DNA of 64,000 nt from the NCBI GenBank assembly GCA_963675295.2, contig CAXXKJ010000002.1, forward strand, positions 3,552,001 through 3,616,000. The letters run 5' to 3'. Shown in pieces: positions 10,224-20,393 of the stretch; the first letter of the stretch is position 1; every line of letters begins with the position of its first letter. Below the pieces are notes generated by a model. That model was not told where the DNA came from. It did no database searches and saw only the letters and a program-made list of their open reading frames with translations. The DNA is from a bacterium (GTDB lineage: Bacteria; Electryoneota; Electryoneia; Electryoneales; Electryoneaceae). A program made the translations under genes and the position numbers.

Positions 10224-11279
10224 TCAGTACACCAACACCTTTTCTTCTCCGTGCAACGCGCGGAGACCGCCTTCGGCCAATGCCAGCATCTCTTCTTCGC
10301 CGGGTTGCAGGTGGACACCGCCGGGAATCCACTTGATGTAGCCTTCGAGTGTGCGGCGGAGCTTGCCGCTGTGCACGAGGCCGCCGGTGAGGATGACGCC
10401 GTTCAAGTTGCCGCTCAACGCTGCGGCCATTGCGCCGATTTCTTTCGCGATCTGGTAGATCATCGCCTCGAAGACCAGTTCGGCGAGTTCGTCACCGGCG
10501 GCGATCTTCGCCTCAATATCACGCAGGTCGGAGGTGCCGAAATAGCCGACAAATCCGCTTTCCTTGCTGAAAATGCGCTTGGCTTCGTCGTACCCCTTGT
10601 CGCGCACGAGGTCGATCACCCCTTGCAGCGGCAACGCACCGGAACGTTCCGGGCTGAACGGTCCCATGCCGAGCAGGCCGTCGTTGACGTCCTGGATGCG
10701 TCCCTCCGCCAGCGCGGCGATGGAGATGCCGCCACCAAGGTGCGCGACGACGAACCGTGATTCGTCGAACGGGATACCCAGATCTTTCGCGGTGCGGCGC
10801 GCGACGGCCTTGATGTTCAGCGCGTGTGCACGGCATTTGCGTTCGATACCCGGCACGCCGGAAATGCGCGGAATCGGGCCGAATTCGTCCGTGGTGACTG
10901 GATCGACGACGTACGCCGGAACTCCAGCTGCCGTAGCGAACCGGTTCGCCAGCATCGAGCCGAGGTTGGACGCGTGCTCGCCGAACTCGGCGTGGCCGGC
11001 GTCGTGCAGCATGCTGTCGTTGACGGCGTAAATGCCGCCTTCGAGGGGGCGCAGCAAGCCACCGCGGCCGACGACCGCGGTCCAGCCGCGCGCATCGTCC
11101 GGGATATCCTTGTCGATCAGTTCGTAGCGGTAGTCGAGTTGTCCGGCGACGGTGCCGAACGAGTGCAGGGTGGCGGCGTCATGGCCGATGGATTCCTGCC
11201 AGAGACAGTCGGTGCCGTCGAAGACGGCGACTTTGGTGCTTGTGGTGCCTGGGTTGAGCACGAGAATGCGCTCGCTCAC
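10224..11279 (-). CDS. buk: Butyrate kinase
   Basis: ILVLNPGTTSTK, VVGRGGLL, HASNLG, HALN.KAVAR, HLGGGIS and GPFSPERSG. GTG start after GGAGGGG. Confidence 0.93.
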   Translation of the reverse strand: MSERILVLNPGTTSTKVAVFDGTDCLWQESIGHDAATLHSFGTVAGQLDYRYELIDKDIPDDARGWTAVVGRGGLLRPLEGGIYAVNDSMLHDAGHAEFGEHASNLGSMLANRFATAAGVPAYVVDPVTTDEFGPIPRISGVPGIERKCRAHALNIKAVARRTAKDLGIPFDESRFVVAHLGGGISIAALAEGRIQDVNDGLLGMGPFSPERSGALPLQGVIDLVRDKGYDEAKRIFSKESGFVGYFGTSDLRDIEAKIAAGDELAELVFEAMIYQIAKEIGAMAAALSGNLNGVILTGGLVHSGKLRRTLEGYIKWIPGGVHLQPGEEEMLALAEGGLRALHGEEKVLVY

Positions 11280-11467
11280 AGCCCCTCCGCAGTGAAGCGA
11301 TTGTTGGAATTCGTGTTTTACTCTTGGATTGGGACGACTGCGCAGAGCCGTCCCTCCCGCACTTGAGCTCGGGAAGAGCAAAATAGCGGCCTGCGTTCTG
11401 TGGGCAAAACGCACCAGAGACGCCTAACATTTCCGCAAGCTCTGCAAAACCAGAAGAGTGACTGCCT

Positions 11468-12847
11468 CTACAGCTTGATCGTGATGACGCCGGAGCGGTC
11501 GGAAATCTGCGCGTTGAGCAGACGGATTTCGCCTTGATTCCAGCGAACGATCAGCGTGTCACCGTGCTCGCTGACATCGGGTGGCGATCCCATGCCGGCG
11601 ATCTCGAAGCGGGAGATGCCACTGAAGAGCGGATGTTCGCCCGCCGGAGAGGTCAGCATCCACTGATTGCGTGCTTCAATCGTTCCGCGATTGTTGGTCA
11701 ACCGGAGCCACTTTTCGTGCAGCAGTCGATTGTCCTCGAGACGCAGGATATGGTACAGGTCGAAGCCGGTGGCGATCATCGGGAGGTCGCTGAGGTCGAC
11801 GTTGAGGTGATACCCCTGAGCGTGACTCCACTCATGCGCCAGGGTGCGGCGGCGGGTATTGAAGGAGCGGATTCGTCCGCCGGCACGTTGGTCGTATTCA
11901 CGGATCAGGCCTTCCGGCAGCGGATCGTCCAGCAGACCGCGGCGGTTGACTACCGACCGCAGCAGATCGTTGAGGTCGGCATTGGTGTTCGCCCGGCGGT
12001 TGAGGATCGTTTTCCAGTCGGGGAAGAATTCGTCCAGCAGATACGCCCTCGCGGCGCCGGACACCTGTGCGCGACGTCGGATCTCGTTGGCGTTGGCATA
12101 CATTGAGTTCATGTACAGCATGGCGGGCTCAAGCTGCCGGGCACGCATGTCAATGTACCAGGGCAGCCCTTCCTGCAGCTCGATCATGCGCACGTATTCG
12201 CTGGCGATTGGCGGCGCTTCCGCATCGAAGTTCAAACGCGACTTGACAGCGTGCGCAATCCAGGTCACCGCGTCATCCAACTCTTCTTCTTCCACCGCTT
12301 TCAGCGCTTCCTGCAGGCCCTCGCTCTCGATCATCTGCCACTTGAGCAGGGACTTGTCGTTGTATGGATAGAAGAACAGCTCCTCGTCGTTGGCGGTCCA
12401 GGTGTAGTAGTGTTCGCGGATGAAGTCGTCGAAATCTTCGTGCAGCGCGCGTGCGGCGTACCCGTTGATGGAATCGTGGTCCGCGCTGTCGATGTAGACG
12501 ACGGACGTTGGAATCTCGTTGATCAGCAATGTCCCGTCGTCAGCCACACCGAATGGATTCCCCGGAGCGGTGATGGCTGTGTCCCAGCCGTCAACCGGAG
12601 ACCAGCCGTCCGGCGGGTTGGGATGGCTCATCAGCCACGATTCGGTGCGTTCGATCAGCAGGATCGGACGTCCGGTTGGATCGAACCCGGGCCAGTAGTC
12701 CTCGGCGGTGGCGAGGCTGTCATGAACCTGTTGGACCCGGACACCGTCTGGTGGAACAAGCGGGTCCAGATTGAGCGAACAGTTGAAGACGATGATCGCG
12801 GATACGGCGATGATGATGAGGGGAGCAATGGCGCGTGGACGGATCAC
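11468..12847 (-). CDS. Hypothetical lipoprotein, possibly peptidase-like
   Basis: Hydrophobic N-terminus ending in FNC. Degenerate HExxH-like ALHEDFD and a later ELQEGLP.Y. Confidence 0.6.
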   Translation of the reverse strand: MIRPRAIAPLIIIAVSAIIVFNCSLNLDPLVPPDGVRVQQVHDSLATAEDYWPGFDPTGRPILLIERTESWLMSHPNPPDGWSPVDGWDTAITAPGNPFGVADDGTLLINEIPTSVVYIDSADHDSINGYAARALHEDFDDFIREHYYTWTANDEELFFYPYNDKSLLKWQMIESEGLQEALKAVEEEELDDAVTWIAHAVKSRLNFDAEAPPIASEYVRMIELQEGLPWYIDMRARQLEPAMLYMNSMYANANEIRRRAQVSGAARAYLLDEFFPDWKTILNRRANTNADLNDLLRSVVNRRGLLDDPLPEGLIREYDQRAGGRIRSFNTRRRTLAHEWSHAQGYHLNVDLSDLPMIATGFDLYHILRLEDNRLLHEKWLRLTNNRGTIEARNQWMLTSPAGEHPLFSGISRFEIAGMGSPPDVSEHGDTLIVRWNQGEIRLLNAQISDRSGVITIKL

Positions 12848-13407
12848 GGTTCCTCATCCTCCGTTTGATCAGCGGTATTTTTCTGAGGGCGGCTGGCTTC
12901 ATCGATTTGCGTAAACACCAGGGATACCGGATCCCAGGCGAAGGCGAATTCGCGGACGATCACGGGCGGATCGGCGATCGCGCGGTCTGCGTCCGGGAGC
13001 ACCCGGATCTCGTGCTTGCCGAAGGGGACGTGCAGCACGTCATCGGTGCGGCCAACCTCTTCCCCATCAACGACCACTGTTCCCTGACCGCCGTCCAGAT
13101 GCACAATCACGCTCGGTCCCATCACCCGCGTCGCGAGGAATACGACCATCGCGAGGAAAGCGAAGATGGCTCCGAGTACCGTAGATTGTTTCCGCAGGCG
13201 GGCGCGTCGTGCAGCTTGAACCTCATCATCGCTTAGCCAGTTCGGGATGCGGGGTTTCCGTTCCTCCGGCTTCGCATGGAGAGAGGCACTGCGCACCCAC
13301 GGGTCGCCTCCGGTAACCTGGATCCGTTGTCTCCCGGGCTCGGATCCCGACTCCGAGTGTTCGTGTGGAACATCGTGAGAAGGCGAATTTTGTCTCGGGT
13401 CGCTCAT
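12844..13407 (-). CDS. Membrane-anchored PEGA-like domain protein
   Basis: One TM segment, then VVVDGEEVGRT...VPFGKHEIRV; 4-bp overlap with the downstream gene. Confidence 0.7.
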   Translation of the reverse strand: MSDPRQNSPSHDVPHEHSESGSEPGRQRIQVTGGDPWVRSASLHAKPEERKPRIPNWLSDDEVQAARRARLRKQSTVLGAIFAFLAMVVFLATRVMGPSVIVHLDGGQGTVVVDGEEVGRTDDVLHVPFGKHEIRVLPDADRAIADPPVIVREFAFAWDPVSLVFTQIDEASRPQKNTADQTEDEEP

Positions 13408-13408
13408 C

Positions 13409-13424
13409 TGGCAAACCATTTGCA
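13409..13424 (+). promoter_or_regulatory. Candidate sigma-54 (-24/-12) promoter for the 13632 operon
   Basis: TGGCAAACCATTTGCA = GG-N10-GC with TGGCA and TTGCA boxes. Confidence 0.45.
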
Positions 13425-13631
13425 TGATGAACAGCAGACACTGGCACGCGGACCGGGTAAAGCCGCACCAGCACAAGCGATCAGGATGTCTACCCCAAGT
13501 TGGAGTTGTGGGCTGAACGTCACAGGTGTGATAGCAGCCCCGACACTACGGGCACAGGAAAGCGGCTTCAACGCTTCCGCCTGATCGACAACCAAGGTAA
13601 GTAAAGTAAGCACGTTGAGGGGGTTCAACCG

Positions 13632-14846
13632 ATGAAACGGATACAACAGTCACTGATCTGGGTGCTCGCGATCGTGTTCATCGCCGGCGGGTTCGGAAAG
13701 GTTCTCGCCCAGGTGGAGATGCTTGACGAGCGCACGGCAATCGTCACCGCGCGCGGTGTCGCCGAAGGCATGAAGAAGAAGAAGGATCGTGAAGCGGTCG
13801 CATTCGAACGTGCGATGGACAACGCGGTAATCATGGTCGTTAACGACATGCTGCGTGAGTCGGACGAGCGGAAACGGTTCGAAGAGATTCAGGACCAGTT
13901 CCTCGTCAAGCGTGACGAAGTGATCCAGAACTTCAGCTACATCAGCAAGAACAACTACGACAAGCCGCATTACAAGACCACGATCACGCTGGAAGTCCGC
14001 TTGAATCGTGACCGTCTGCGGCAGATGCTGATCGACTGGAACATTATCAAGGCGGCGGACGATGTCCGCGAAGAGCTGGATCGTTTCAGCATCATGCCGT
14101 ACATCGACACGGCGAATTCCGATCCGGAAGCGCTCGAGTACAAGGATTTGTTCTACACCCGCGTGCGCGTCTTCTTCGAGGATCAGAACATTCCGACCAT
14201 CGGTCTGGATGAAGCGACCGCGCTGGAGGCGGACGAACAGTTTGTCGCGTTGCAGAAGAGCAGCACGGGCGAGGAAGGGGTCGAGGATGCGATCCTGACG
14301 ATCTCGCGCGCGACTCCGGCGGACATTTTCGTCAAGATTACCCCGCGCATCGAAACCGGCAAGTACGGTGGTGCGACGACCAAGAAGGTGATCTTAAGTG
14401 TCGGTGCGTACAGCGCGATGACCGGCGAGTTCATTGGCTCAAACCAGGGCTTCAGCGAACCTCTGGCGATGAGCAGCGATGGCGCAAGTGTTGGCGCGGC
14501 GATTGACCAGGCGATGAATGCCGCGATGCCGCGTGTGATGGACGTGATCACCTCCTTCTGGCGCGATTATGCGAAGAACGGCCGTCCGGTCAAGCTGATC
14601 TTCACCGATTTCAGCTTTGACGACATCCGGAATGTGCGTTCCGCGCTGCAGGACATGACCAACGACCAGAAGCGCCTGAAAGCCGCCGGGAATGTCACTG
14701 AGTACATGGTTTGGTACGATGGCGACGTTGAAGAGCTGATGTACGATCTGTATGATGCACTGCGAGCGTACAACATCCCGTTGTCGGAGGATCCGGCGAT
14801 GGTTGCAAACAGCATCCGTTTCTATCGCGACACGATGTCGCAATAA
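13632..14846 (+). CDS. Secreted hypothetical protein (FlgT-N/LPP20-like N-terminus, possibly DUF6175-like)
   Basis: Signal peptide; 'VTARG...A.ERAMDNAV' N-terminal pattern. Confidence 0.65.
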   Translation: MKRIQQSLIWVLAIVFIAGGFGKVLAQVEMLDERTAIVTARGVAEGMKKKKDREAVAFERAMDNAVIMVVNDMLRESDERKRFEEIQDQFLVKRDEVIQNFSYISKNNYDKPHYKTTITLEVRLNRDRLRQMLIDWNIIKAADDVREELDRFSIMPYIDTANSDPEALEYKDLFYTRVRVFFEDQNIPTIGLDEATALEADEQFVALQKSSTGEEGVEDAILTISRATPADIFVKITPRIETGKYGGATTKKVILSVGAYSAMTGEFIGSNQGFSEPLAMSSDGASVGAAIDQAMNAAMPRVMDVITSFWRDYAKNGRPVKLIFTDFSFDDIRNVRSALQDMTNDQKRLKAAGNVTEYMVWYDGDVEELMYDLYDALRAYNIPLSEDPAMVANSIRFYRDTMSQ

Positions 14847-14862
14847 AGGGGAGTGTCTGACG

Positions 14863-15969
14863 ATGAAGAGTGGACGAATCGCGATCCTGCTGATCCTGGT
14901 GATCTCGTTCCTGCCGGTCCTCGCGGCACATGCGGTTGAAGTCACGGCTGTCGGATTCGGCAACGACAGGACGACAGCGATTGTGGACGCGAAGCGGAAC
15001 GCGATCGCGCGTGTTGTCGGCGAATATGTCGACAGCCGGACCCTGGTCGAGAATTTTGCCCTGGTTTCGGATAAGATCCTCAGCAGCTCCAGCGGCTACG
15101 TCAAATCGTACGAACTGCTGAACACGGAAACGTTCCCGACCGGCGAAGTGAAGGTGGAAATCCGTGCCGATGTCACTCGTGACATGCTGACCGAGGACAT
15201 AGACCGGATCCAGGTGCTGTCCGCCAAACGTGGCGACCCCCGTTTCGTGGTCATCCCCGACCCGCAACTGAAGACCAGTGGCATCGACCCGGCAGTGATC
15301 GAAGCAACCGGCAACGGCATCAAGAACTACCTCAGCGAAAACGGGTACAGCACGGTGCATGCGCCGTTTCACAACATCACACGCAACCTGGACGATCCAG
15401 CGGTGCTGCAGGACCTGAGCCAGTGGGCGGCGGGTGTCGGCGCGGAATTCGTGATCTACTTCGACGTGGTGCAGGTGGAAGAACCAGCTGGGCGCGTCTT
15501 CCAGCGGGCGAGCGCATTGGCGAACGTGACCGTGGTGCATACCGGCAGCTACCGGATCATCGCGAACACGGACGCGCGCGGCTCCAGCGGCGACCAGTAC
15601 TCGGAATTCGCGTTCCGGGAAGCGTGCAAGGTTGCTGGCAGCAACGTTGCCCACAAGGCGATGGGCATGGTGCTGTCCGACTGGAACCGTAGCGGTTCAG
15701 TACAGGGCAACCGTCTCATGCTCGAGATTGAGAACATGCCCGCCGACGCGAATGTCGCGTTCGAACAGAAACTGGGCAGCACCGGCGCGGTCAAGCAGGT
15801 GCAACTGAGCTCGAAAGCCGACGATCTGACGGTCTATCAAGTTACCGTGGACGGCAGCACGCACGACCTCAGCTCCGCGATGATGCAGGTCGCGTCCGAT
15901 CTGAACTGGCAGGTTTGGCTGACCGAAGCGTCCCGCACGCGGATGAAGTACGCGCTGGTGTTCGACTGA
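14863..15969 (+). CDS. Secreted FlgT-N/LPP20-like hypothetical protein
   Basis: Signal peptide; VTAVGFG...AIVDAKRNAI..VVGEYVDSRTLVENF..VSDKI.S.SSGYVKSY; GGGGAG RBS. Confidence 0.7.
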   Translation: MKSGRIAILLILVISFLPVLAAHAVEVTAVGFGNDRTTAIVDAKRNAIARVVGEYVDSRTLVENFALVSDKILSSSSGYVKSYELLNTETFPTGEVKVEIRADVTRDMLTEDIDRIQVLSAKRGDPRFVVIPDPQLKTSGIDPAVIEATGNGIKNYLSENGYSTVHAPFHNITRNLDDPAVLQDLSQWAAGVGAEFVIYFDVVQVEEPAGRVFQRASALANVTVVHTGSYRIIANTDARGSSGDQYSEFAFREACKVAGSNVAHKAMGMVLSDWNRSGSVQGNRLMLEIENMPADANVAFEQKLGSTGAVKQVQLSSKADDLTVYQVTVDGSTHDLSSAMMQVASDLNWQVWLTEASRTRMKYALVFD

Positions 15970-16442
15970 GCGGGCGCGGTCGGAACCTGCGGAAGTGGTG
16001 TAGGAGAACGCAGGATCTACCATCATCACGCGGGTGTTGTGGTTGTAACCGTGCGGATTGCCTGACAGAACGCGTCTTCGTCGAATCGGTGGCTTGGTTG
16101 TTATGGCGGATCAGATGCAGGATCGGGGTTGTATCCGTTTGGGTTTCGAGGTTGAAAGCGTAGGTCAGTGAGAGCTAGTGTGATTACTGTCACTAGTTAG
16201 TAGCAGAATTTTTACTATTATGCATGTGCGGTTGCATGCCGCACAGTGGGTTGTTTCGCAGGTCGAATCGCCTGTGAAGCTAACCCCCTCCAAGGTTGCG
16301 CCCATGGGAAACCCGGTCCTGTGGGCGCTTCTATGCTCTGTGGGCTATGGGTTATGGGCTGTAGGCTGTGGTCTGCGGGCGACGGGTTGTGAGCTCGGGG
16401 CTCGGGAAGGAAGATGTGCCCCTGCGGACTTGGTCAGCAGGG

Positions 16443-16600
16443 GTCATCCGCTGGTGGATCATCCCTGCTGGCGGAGCCATCAGGGGCACATCAACAGACC
16501 GTGCCCGGGTTTGCTTGCAAACGCGGACACTCCACCCACGGAACAAACCCCACTCGTTTTACCTGCTACCAATCCCTGCTGGCGGAGCCATCAGGGGCAC
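16443..16600. repeat. Cluster of REP-like palindromes (families A and B)
   Basis: CCCTGCTGGCGGAGCCATCAGGGGCAC at 16463 and 16574; GTGCCCGGGTTTGCTTGCAAACGCGGACAC at 16501. Confidence 0.75.
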
Positions 16601-16613
16601 AAAACCTGCCGAT

Positions 16614-16645
16614 AAAAAAAAGCCGCTCCCGGAACCGGAAGCGGC
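16614..16645 (-). terminator. Rho-independent terminator of the tectonin-repeat gene
   Basis: Minus strand GCCGCTTCCGG-TT-CCGGGAGCGGC followed by a T8 run. Confidence 0.8.
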
Positions 16646-16692
16646 CAAATGATCTTTGTCAGAAATCTACCGTCAGGCAGATACCTTGTGTG

Positions 16693-17424
16693 TTACTTGC
16701 GGAGGCGGAAGATCTTGCCATCATCGCCCTTGGTGACCCAGGCCTGTCCATCCGGACCGGCGGCGATGTTGCGGAAGTCGTCGCTCGGGAGCTTGGTCCA
16801 CGCGCCATCATCCCAGCGATAGGCGTTGTTGCCCTTGCTCGCGCTGCCGATGATGAACAGGGTGCCGTCCGGGCCGACGGCGATGTCTGTCGCCGCGCCA
16901 GCGAGTTCCTGCCACGTATCGTTACGCCAACGGTAGATCTTGTAGTCCTGGCTCACGACGTACGGGTTGCCATCGGGACCAACCGCGACACGCTTGTAGT
17001 TCGATCCGGGGAAATCAGCCCATGCGCCGTCATCCCACTTGTAGATGCGATGGCCCTTGGATTCCGACCCGATGATGAATACGGAGCCGTCGGCACCGAC
17101 GGCAATGTCGGTCGCCGCGCCGGCCAGTTCCTGCCAGTCGTTGTTGCGCCAGCGGAAGATCTTGTAGTCGCGGTCAATGGCGTATGCGTCGCCATCTTTG
17201 CCGCAGGCAATGCGGCGCCAGCCTTCACGCGGGGCCTTGACCCACGCACCATCATCCCAGCGGAACGCGAGGAAACCGCGCGATTCCGATCCAACGATCC
17301 ATACTGTGCCGTCCGCGCCGACCGCGATGTCGTTGGCAATGCCCGGAATTTCCGCCCAATCCTGTGCTACCGCGAAGCCCGCGGTTAGTGCCAGAGCCAT
17401 GATCGCAAAGACGATCTTCTTCAT
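16693..17424 (-). CDS. Secreted tectonin-type six-repeat beta-propeller (putative lectin)
   Basis: Six repeats W..x.G.A.DIAVG.DG..(W/F/Y)II.....Y(R/K)W after a signal peptide. Confidence 0.8.
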   Translation of the reverse strand: MKKIVFAIMALALTAGFAVAQDWAEIPGIANDIAVGADGTVWIVGSESRGFLAFRWDDGAWVKAPREGWRRIACGKDGDAYAIDRDYKIFRWRNNDWQELAGAATDIAVGADGSVFIIGSESKGHRIYKWDDGAWADFPGSNYKRVAVGPDGNPYVVSQDYKIYRWRNDTWQELAGAATDIAVGPDGTLFIIGSASKGNNAYRWDDGAWTKLPSDDFRNIAAGPDGQAWVTKGDDGKIFRLRK

Positions 17425-17670
17425 CTCAACTCTCCTTCGTTTTGAAATCCGGAGATTTCAGCGGAGGATTGCTCCCCCCTTGTTCACACAGCTTTTGTGG
17501 TGTATTGCACGCTTGCGAACGCGCCCGGTTGCAAGGTGCATCGGTTTCTCTTCTTGACCCGCCGAAAAATGCCGTTACCACAAGGCTAAACGCAATCCTG
17601 CCTCCCCGATGTCGTCACGCGGAGAGGCGTACGCCCTGCCAGTGCAGATACCGGGTGCGCGACTGTACGG

Positions 17671-19884
17671 TTATCTCCCCAAGGGTGACCGTGCCAGCTT
17701 CATGCGGAACGCTTCGATCGAATTGGGTTCACCCCGCGTATCCATGCCGATGCCGTAGTAGTTGGTGTTTGATAGCATCATCCGTTCCCCCGGATCGGGC
17801 ACAAGCAGTGTGCGATCATCGTTGAAGCGTGGGTCGGAATGCCGATCCGCCAGATCGTCCTCGGTCTGGTAGGTATCGTAGCCGTCCGTATCGAGGAAGA
17901 CCGCGACCTGGTTGCTGTACAAGTGTGGAAATGCACCCGGCGGCGGCGGATTGTACTGCTGGTAGTTGTTCCAGCCGTAGTTTCGGCCTTTGCGGGTGAC
18001 ATAGGCATCGCGCCCGCCGGTATCGACAAAGAACACTTGCGACATGTTGATCGCGTAGCCGAGTCCATCCCCCATGACACGGTAAAGGTCGTCCCCGCTG
18101 CGGTTGTAATTGAGCGCAACGCTGTAATCGTGTCCGAACGCGATCCCGTAGGCTTTCTCGTCCCAGAGATGGATTTCGTCGTCGCCGCCATCGTCAATCA
18201 TTGCCCCGATGGCGAAATGGGCTCCGGCTCCGGCGGCCCAGGCAGACGCGCGGTAGTAATCGTCACCTTCGCCATCGTAAAGGAATCCCATGCCGTACCA
18301 GTAGCCACAACCGAGCGACCAGTTGGCTGAGGTGTAGCGATCATTGCCGTAAAGGTCGATCAGCACACCCATGCCGCCGGCCCAGGAATGCCCGTCCGTG
18401 ATGTCACCGCGCCGTCCTACTCCGCAGCCCTGCGCGTACGAATAGTTGAGGTAGCTCTTGTGCGAATGGTAGTCGGGCCGGAAGACGGAATCGGAGACCA
18501 CTGGCTCGGCGTAGTATTCATCCCAGCCGGAACGGTTCAGTAACGCGCCGACGCCGCCGACGCCGCCGTAGCCCTGCCCGTCGCCGTGGATGCTGTACTT
18601 ATCGTCCCCACCGCCGTCCAGCGCGACACCGAGGCCGAAGTAGGACGCTCCCTGGCCGGAAGTCCAGAGGTGGTAGGTATCGTCGCCATCGTAGTCGGCG
18701 AGGACGCCGTAGCCCAGCATCGACGCGCCCTGTGCCAGCCGTTTCGCGGAATAGGTGTCGTTGCCCTCCATGTCGATCAACACACCAGCGCCGAGGATCG
18801 CGGCACCCTGTGACGGGAGATACTCTTCGTCGTTCTCGTAGCGGTCATGGCCGGACAAATCGATGGCGAGGCTGACGGGAATGTCCAGCGAGGGCGTCGC
18901 GCCAGCAGCACCTTTCCACGTGTCGTTGCCACCGAGATCGACCACGAGGCAGGCGTCGCTGTAGTCGTGAACGTTGTCGAACGCGTCACCGATTACGATC
19001 CGGCCGATCGGAGTCTGCAGGTTGAGAGTCTGCCGGTACGGGTCGACACGGTCGGCCTCGATCAGTGCTGCGAGCGAATCCGCCAGCTTCCAACCGCTCT
19101 GCAGCAGCTTGGACCCGGCGTAATAGATGGAATTCCTGTCGATGTTCTGCGCGCAATCCTCGAGCTCGGGATAGTATTCAAGGCCGTCGAATTGCGTTTC
19201 ACCGAGACGTCGGATGCGCCAGACCGCCTGCATGTCGGCCGGATCGATGTTTCGCCGCCCGGTTTCCGCATACTGGTAGGCATGGAGCAGGTGCAGCACG
19301 GTCTCAGCCATCAATCCGCGTACCTTGAGGTCGAGGCGATCCACCTGACGCAGCACGTCCGCTTCGTTCAGCGGAAAATCGGACGCTTCCCCCATCGCGT
19401 TGTAGCGCCAGGTGCGTCCGGTCGCCTTGTAAATTTCCCGGATCGCCGCCATCAACGGCTGGCCGGGCTCCGGTTCAGCCCAGAGAGAGGCACTATAAGC
19501 CCGCATCTGGCCGGTGGACTGCCGCACGCCGACGTAATAGACCGCACGCAGCAGCGCCTGTTCATCGTTGGCGAGCGCATCGGGGTGGAGATACTGGTCG
19601 GCGGCAACGGCCATCACCGAGGTGAAGTCATACAGTTTCAAGGGTTCGGCGAACAGATCGGTAAACGCGAGATTGATATACGGGATGTCATCCGGATCTG
19701 GAAACCGGGTCCAGTATCCTTTCGGCTCGAATCCGAGGTCCATCTCTTCCAATCCCGTCTGCTGCAGGATGGCGAGCAGGAGATCGTCCTCGGGTTGAAC
19801 GGGTTGAGCGAGCGGAATCGAGGTCAGGATGAGCAGGGCAAGCAAGTTCAGACAAAGGTGGCGAAAAACTCGCGATATGTTCAT
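17671..19884 (-). CDS. Secreted protein with Gly/Asp-rich D..G.D.Y...QG.G..G.G.L.D repeats
   Basis: Signal peptide and about nine such repeats in the C-terminal half. Confidence 0.8.
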   Translation of the reverse strand: MNISRVFRHLCLNLLALLILTSIPLAQPVQPEDDLLLAILQQTGLEEMDLGFEPKGYWTRFPDPDDIPYINLAFTDLFAEPLKLYDFTSVMAVAADQYLHPDALANDEQALLRAVYYVGVRQSTGQMRAYSASLWAEPEPGQPLMAAIREIYKATGRTWRYNAMGEASDFPLNEADVLRQVDRLDLKVRGLMAETVLHLLHAYQYAETGRRNIDPADMQAVWRIRRLGETQFDGLEYYPELEDCAQNIDRNSIYYAGSKLLQSGWKLADSLAALIEADRVDPYRQTLNLQTPIGRIVIGDAFDNVHDYSDACLVVDLGGNDTWKGAAGATPSLDIPVSLAIDLSGHDRYENDEEYLPSQGAAILGAGVLIDMEGNDTYSAKRLAQGASMLGYGVLADYDGDDTYHLWTSGQGASYFGLGVALDGGGDDKYSIHGDGQGYGGVGGVGALLNRSGWDEYYAEPVVSDSVFRPDYHSHKSYLNYSYAQGCGVGRRGDITDGHSWAGGMGVLIDLYGNDRYTSANWSLGCGYWYGMGFLYDGEGDDYYRASAWAAGAGAHFAIGAMIDDGGDDEIHLWDEKAYGIAFGHDYSVALNYNRSGDDLYRVMGDGLGYAINMSQVFFVDTGGRDAYVTRKGRNYGWNNYQQYNPPPPGAFPHLYSNQVAVFLDTDGYDTYQTEDDLADRHSDPRFNDDRTLLVPDPGERMMLSNTNYYGIGMDTRGEPNSIEAFRMKLARSPLGR

Positions 19885-20096
19885 TCGCGATCCGTCCTCA
19901 GGTTGAATGTGAGAAGAAACTCACTCTAAAAGTCTAGCTTAATAAAGCTATTGTAAGATAAGCAGGGAAGCGTGAGGGGTAAAACATTTTGGAGTCGGAG
20001 GAAGAAATGTAACTATTTGAAGTTGCTCAAGTTACAGGAGGACGACGAGAGAGAGCTCGCCGTAGCGCACGGTTATCGCTGGCTTTCCGTGGCGGG

Positions 20097-20393
20097 CTAG
20101 AATTCGTACAAGCTGTCGGACGAGTCAAAATCGGCCGTGTCGAAATCGGACAGGTCCGGTTCGTTGTAGATACCGGCGACTCCTGCCCCCGACCGAATCA
20201 TCTTGCGTGCGCGCTGCAGATCATGCGGGCGCACCATGATGCGGATCACAGTGTTGTCACGTCCTGACTTCATTCCCCGCGGACGTTCCTGTTCCAGTTC
20301 AGCGTCGATGTCCGCGTCAAACAGTGCGGATTGCACCATCTGCGCTTCCAGATCATCACCATACTCAGCGAGGACCACGAATTCCTGATTCAT
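20097..20393 (-). CDS. DUF2007-like putative signal-transducing protein
   Basis: EAQMVQSALFDADI...IRIMVRPHDLQRARK pattern; GGGAGG RBS. Confidence 0.7.
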   Translation of the reverse strand: MNQEFVVLAEYGDDLEAQMVQSALFDADIDAELEQERPRGMKSGRDNTVIRIMVRPHDLQRARKMIRSGAGVAGIYNEPDLSDFDTADFDSSDSLYEF

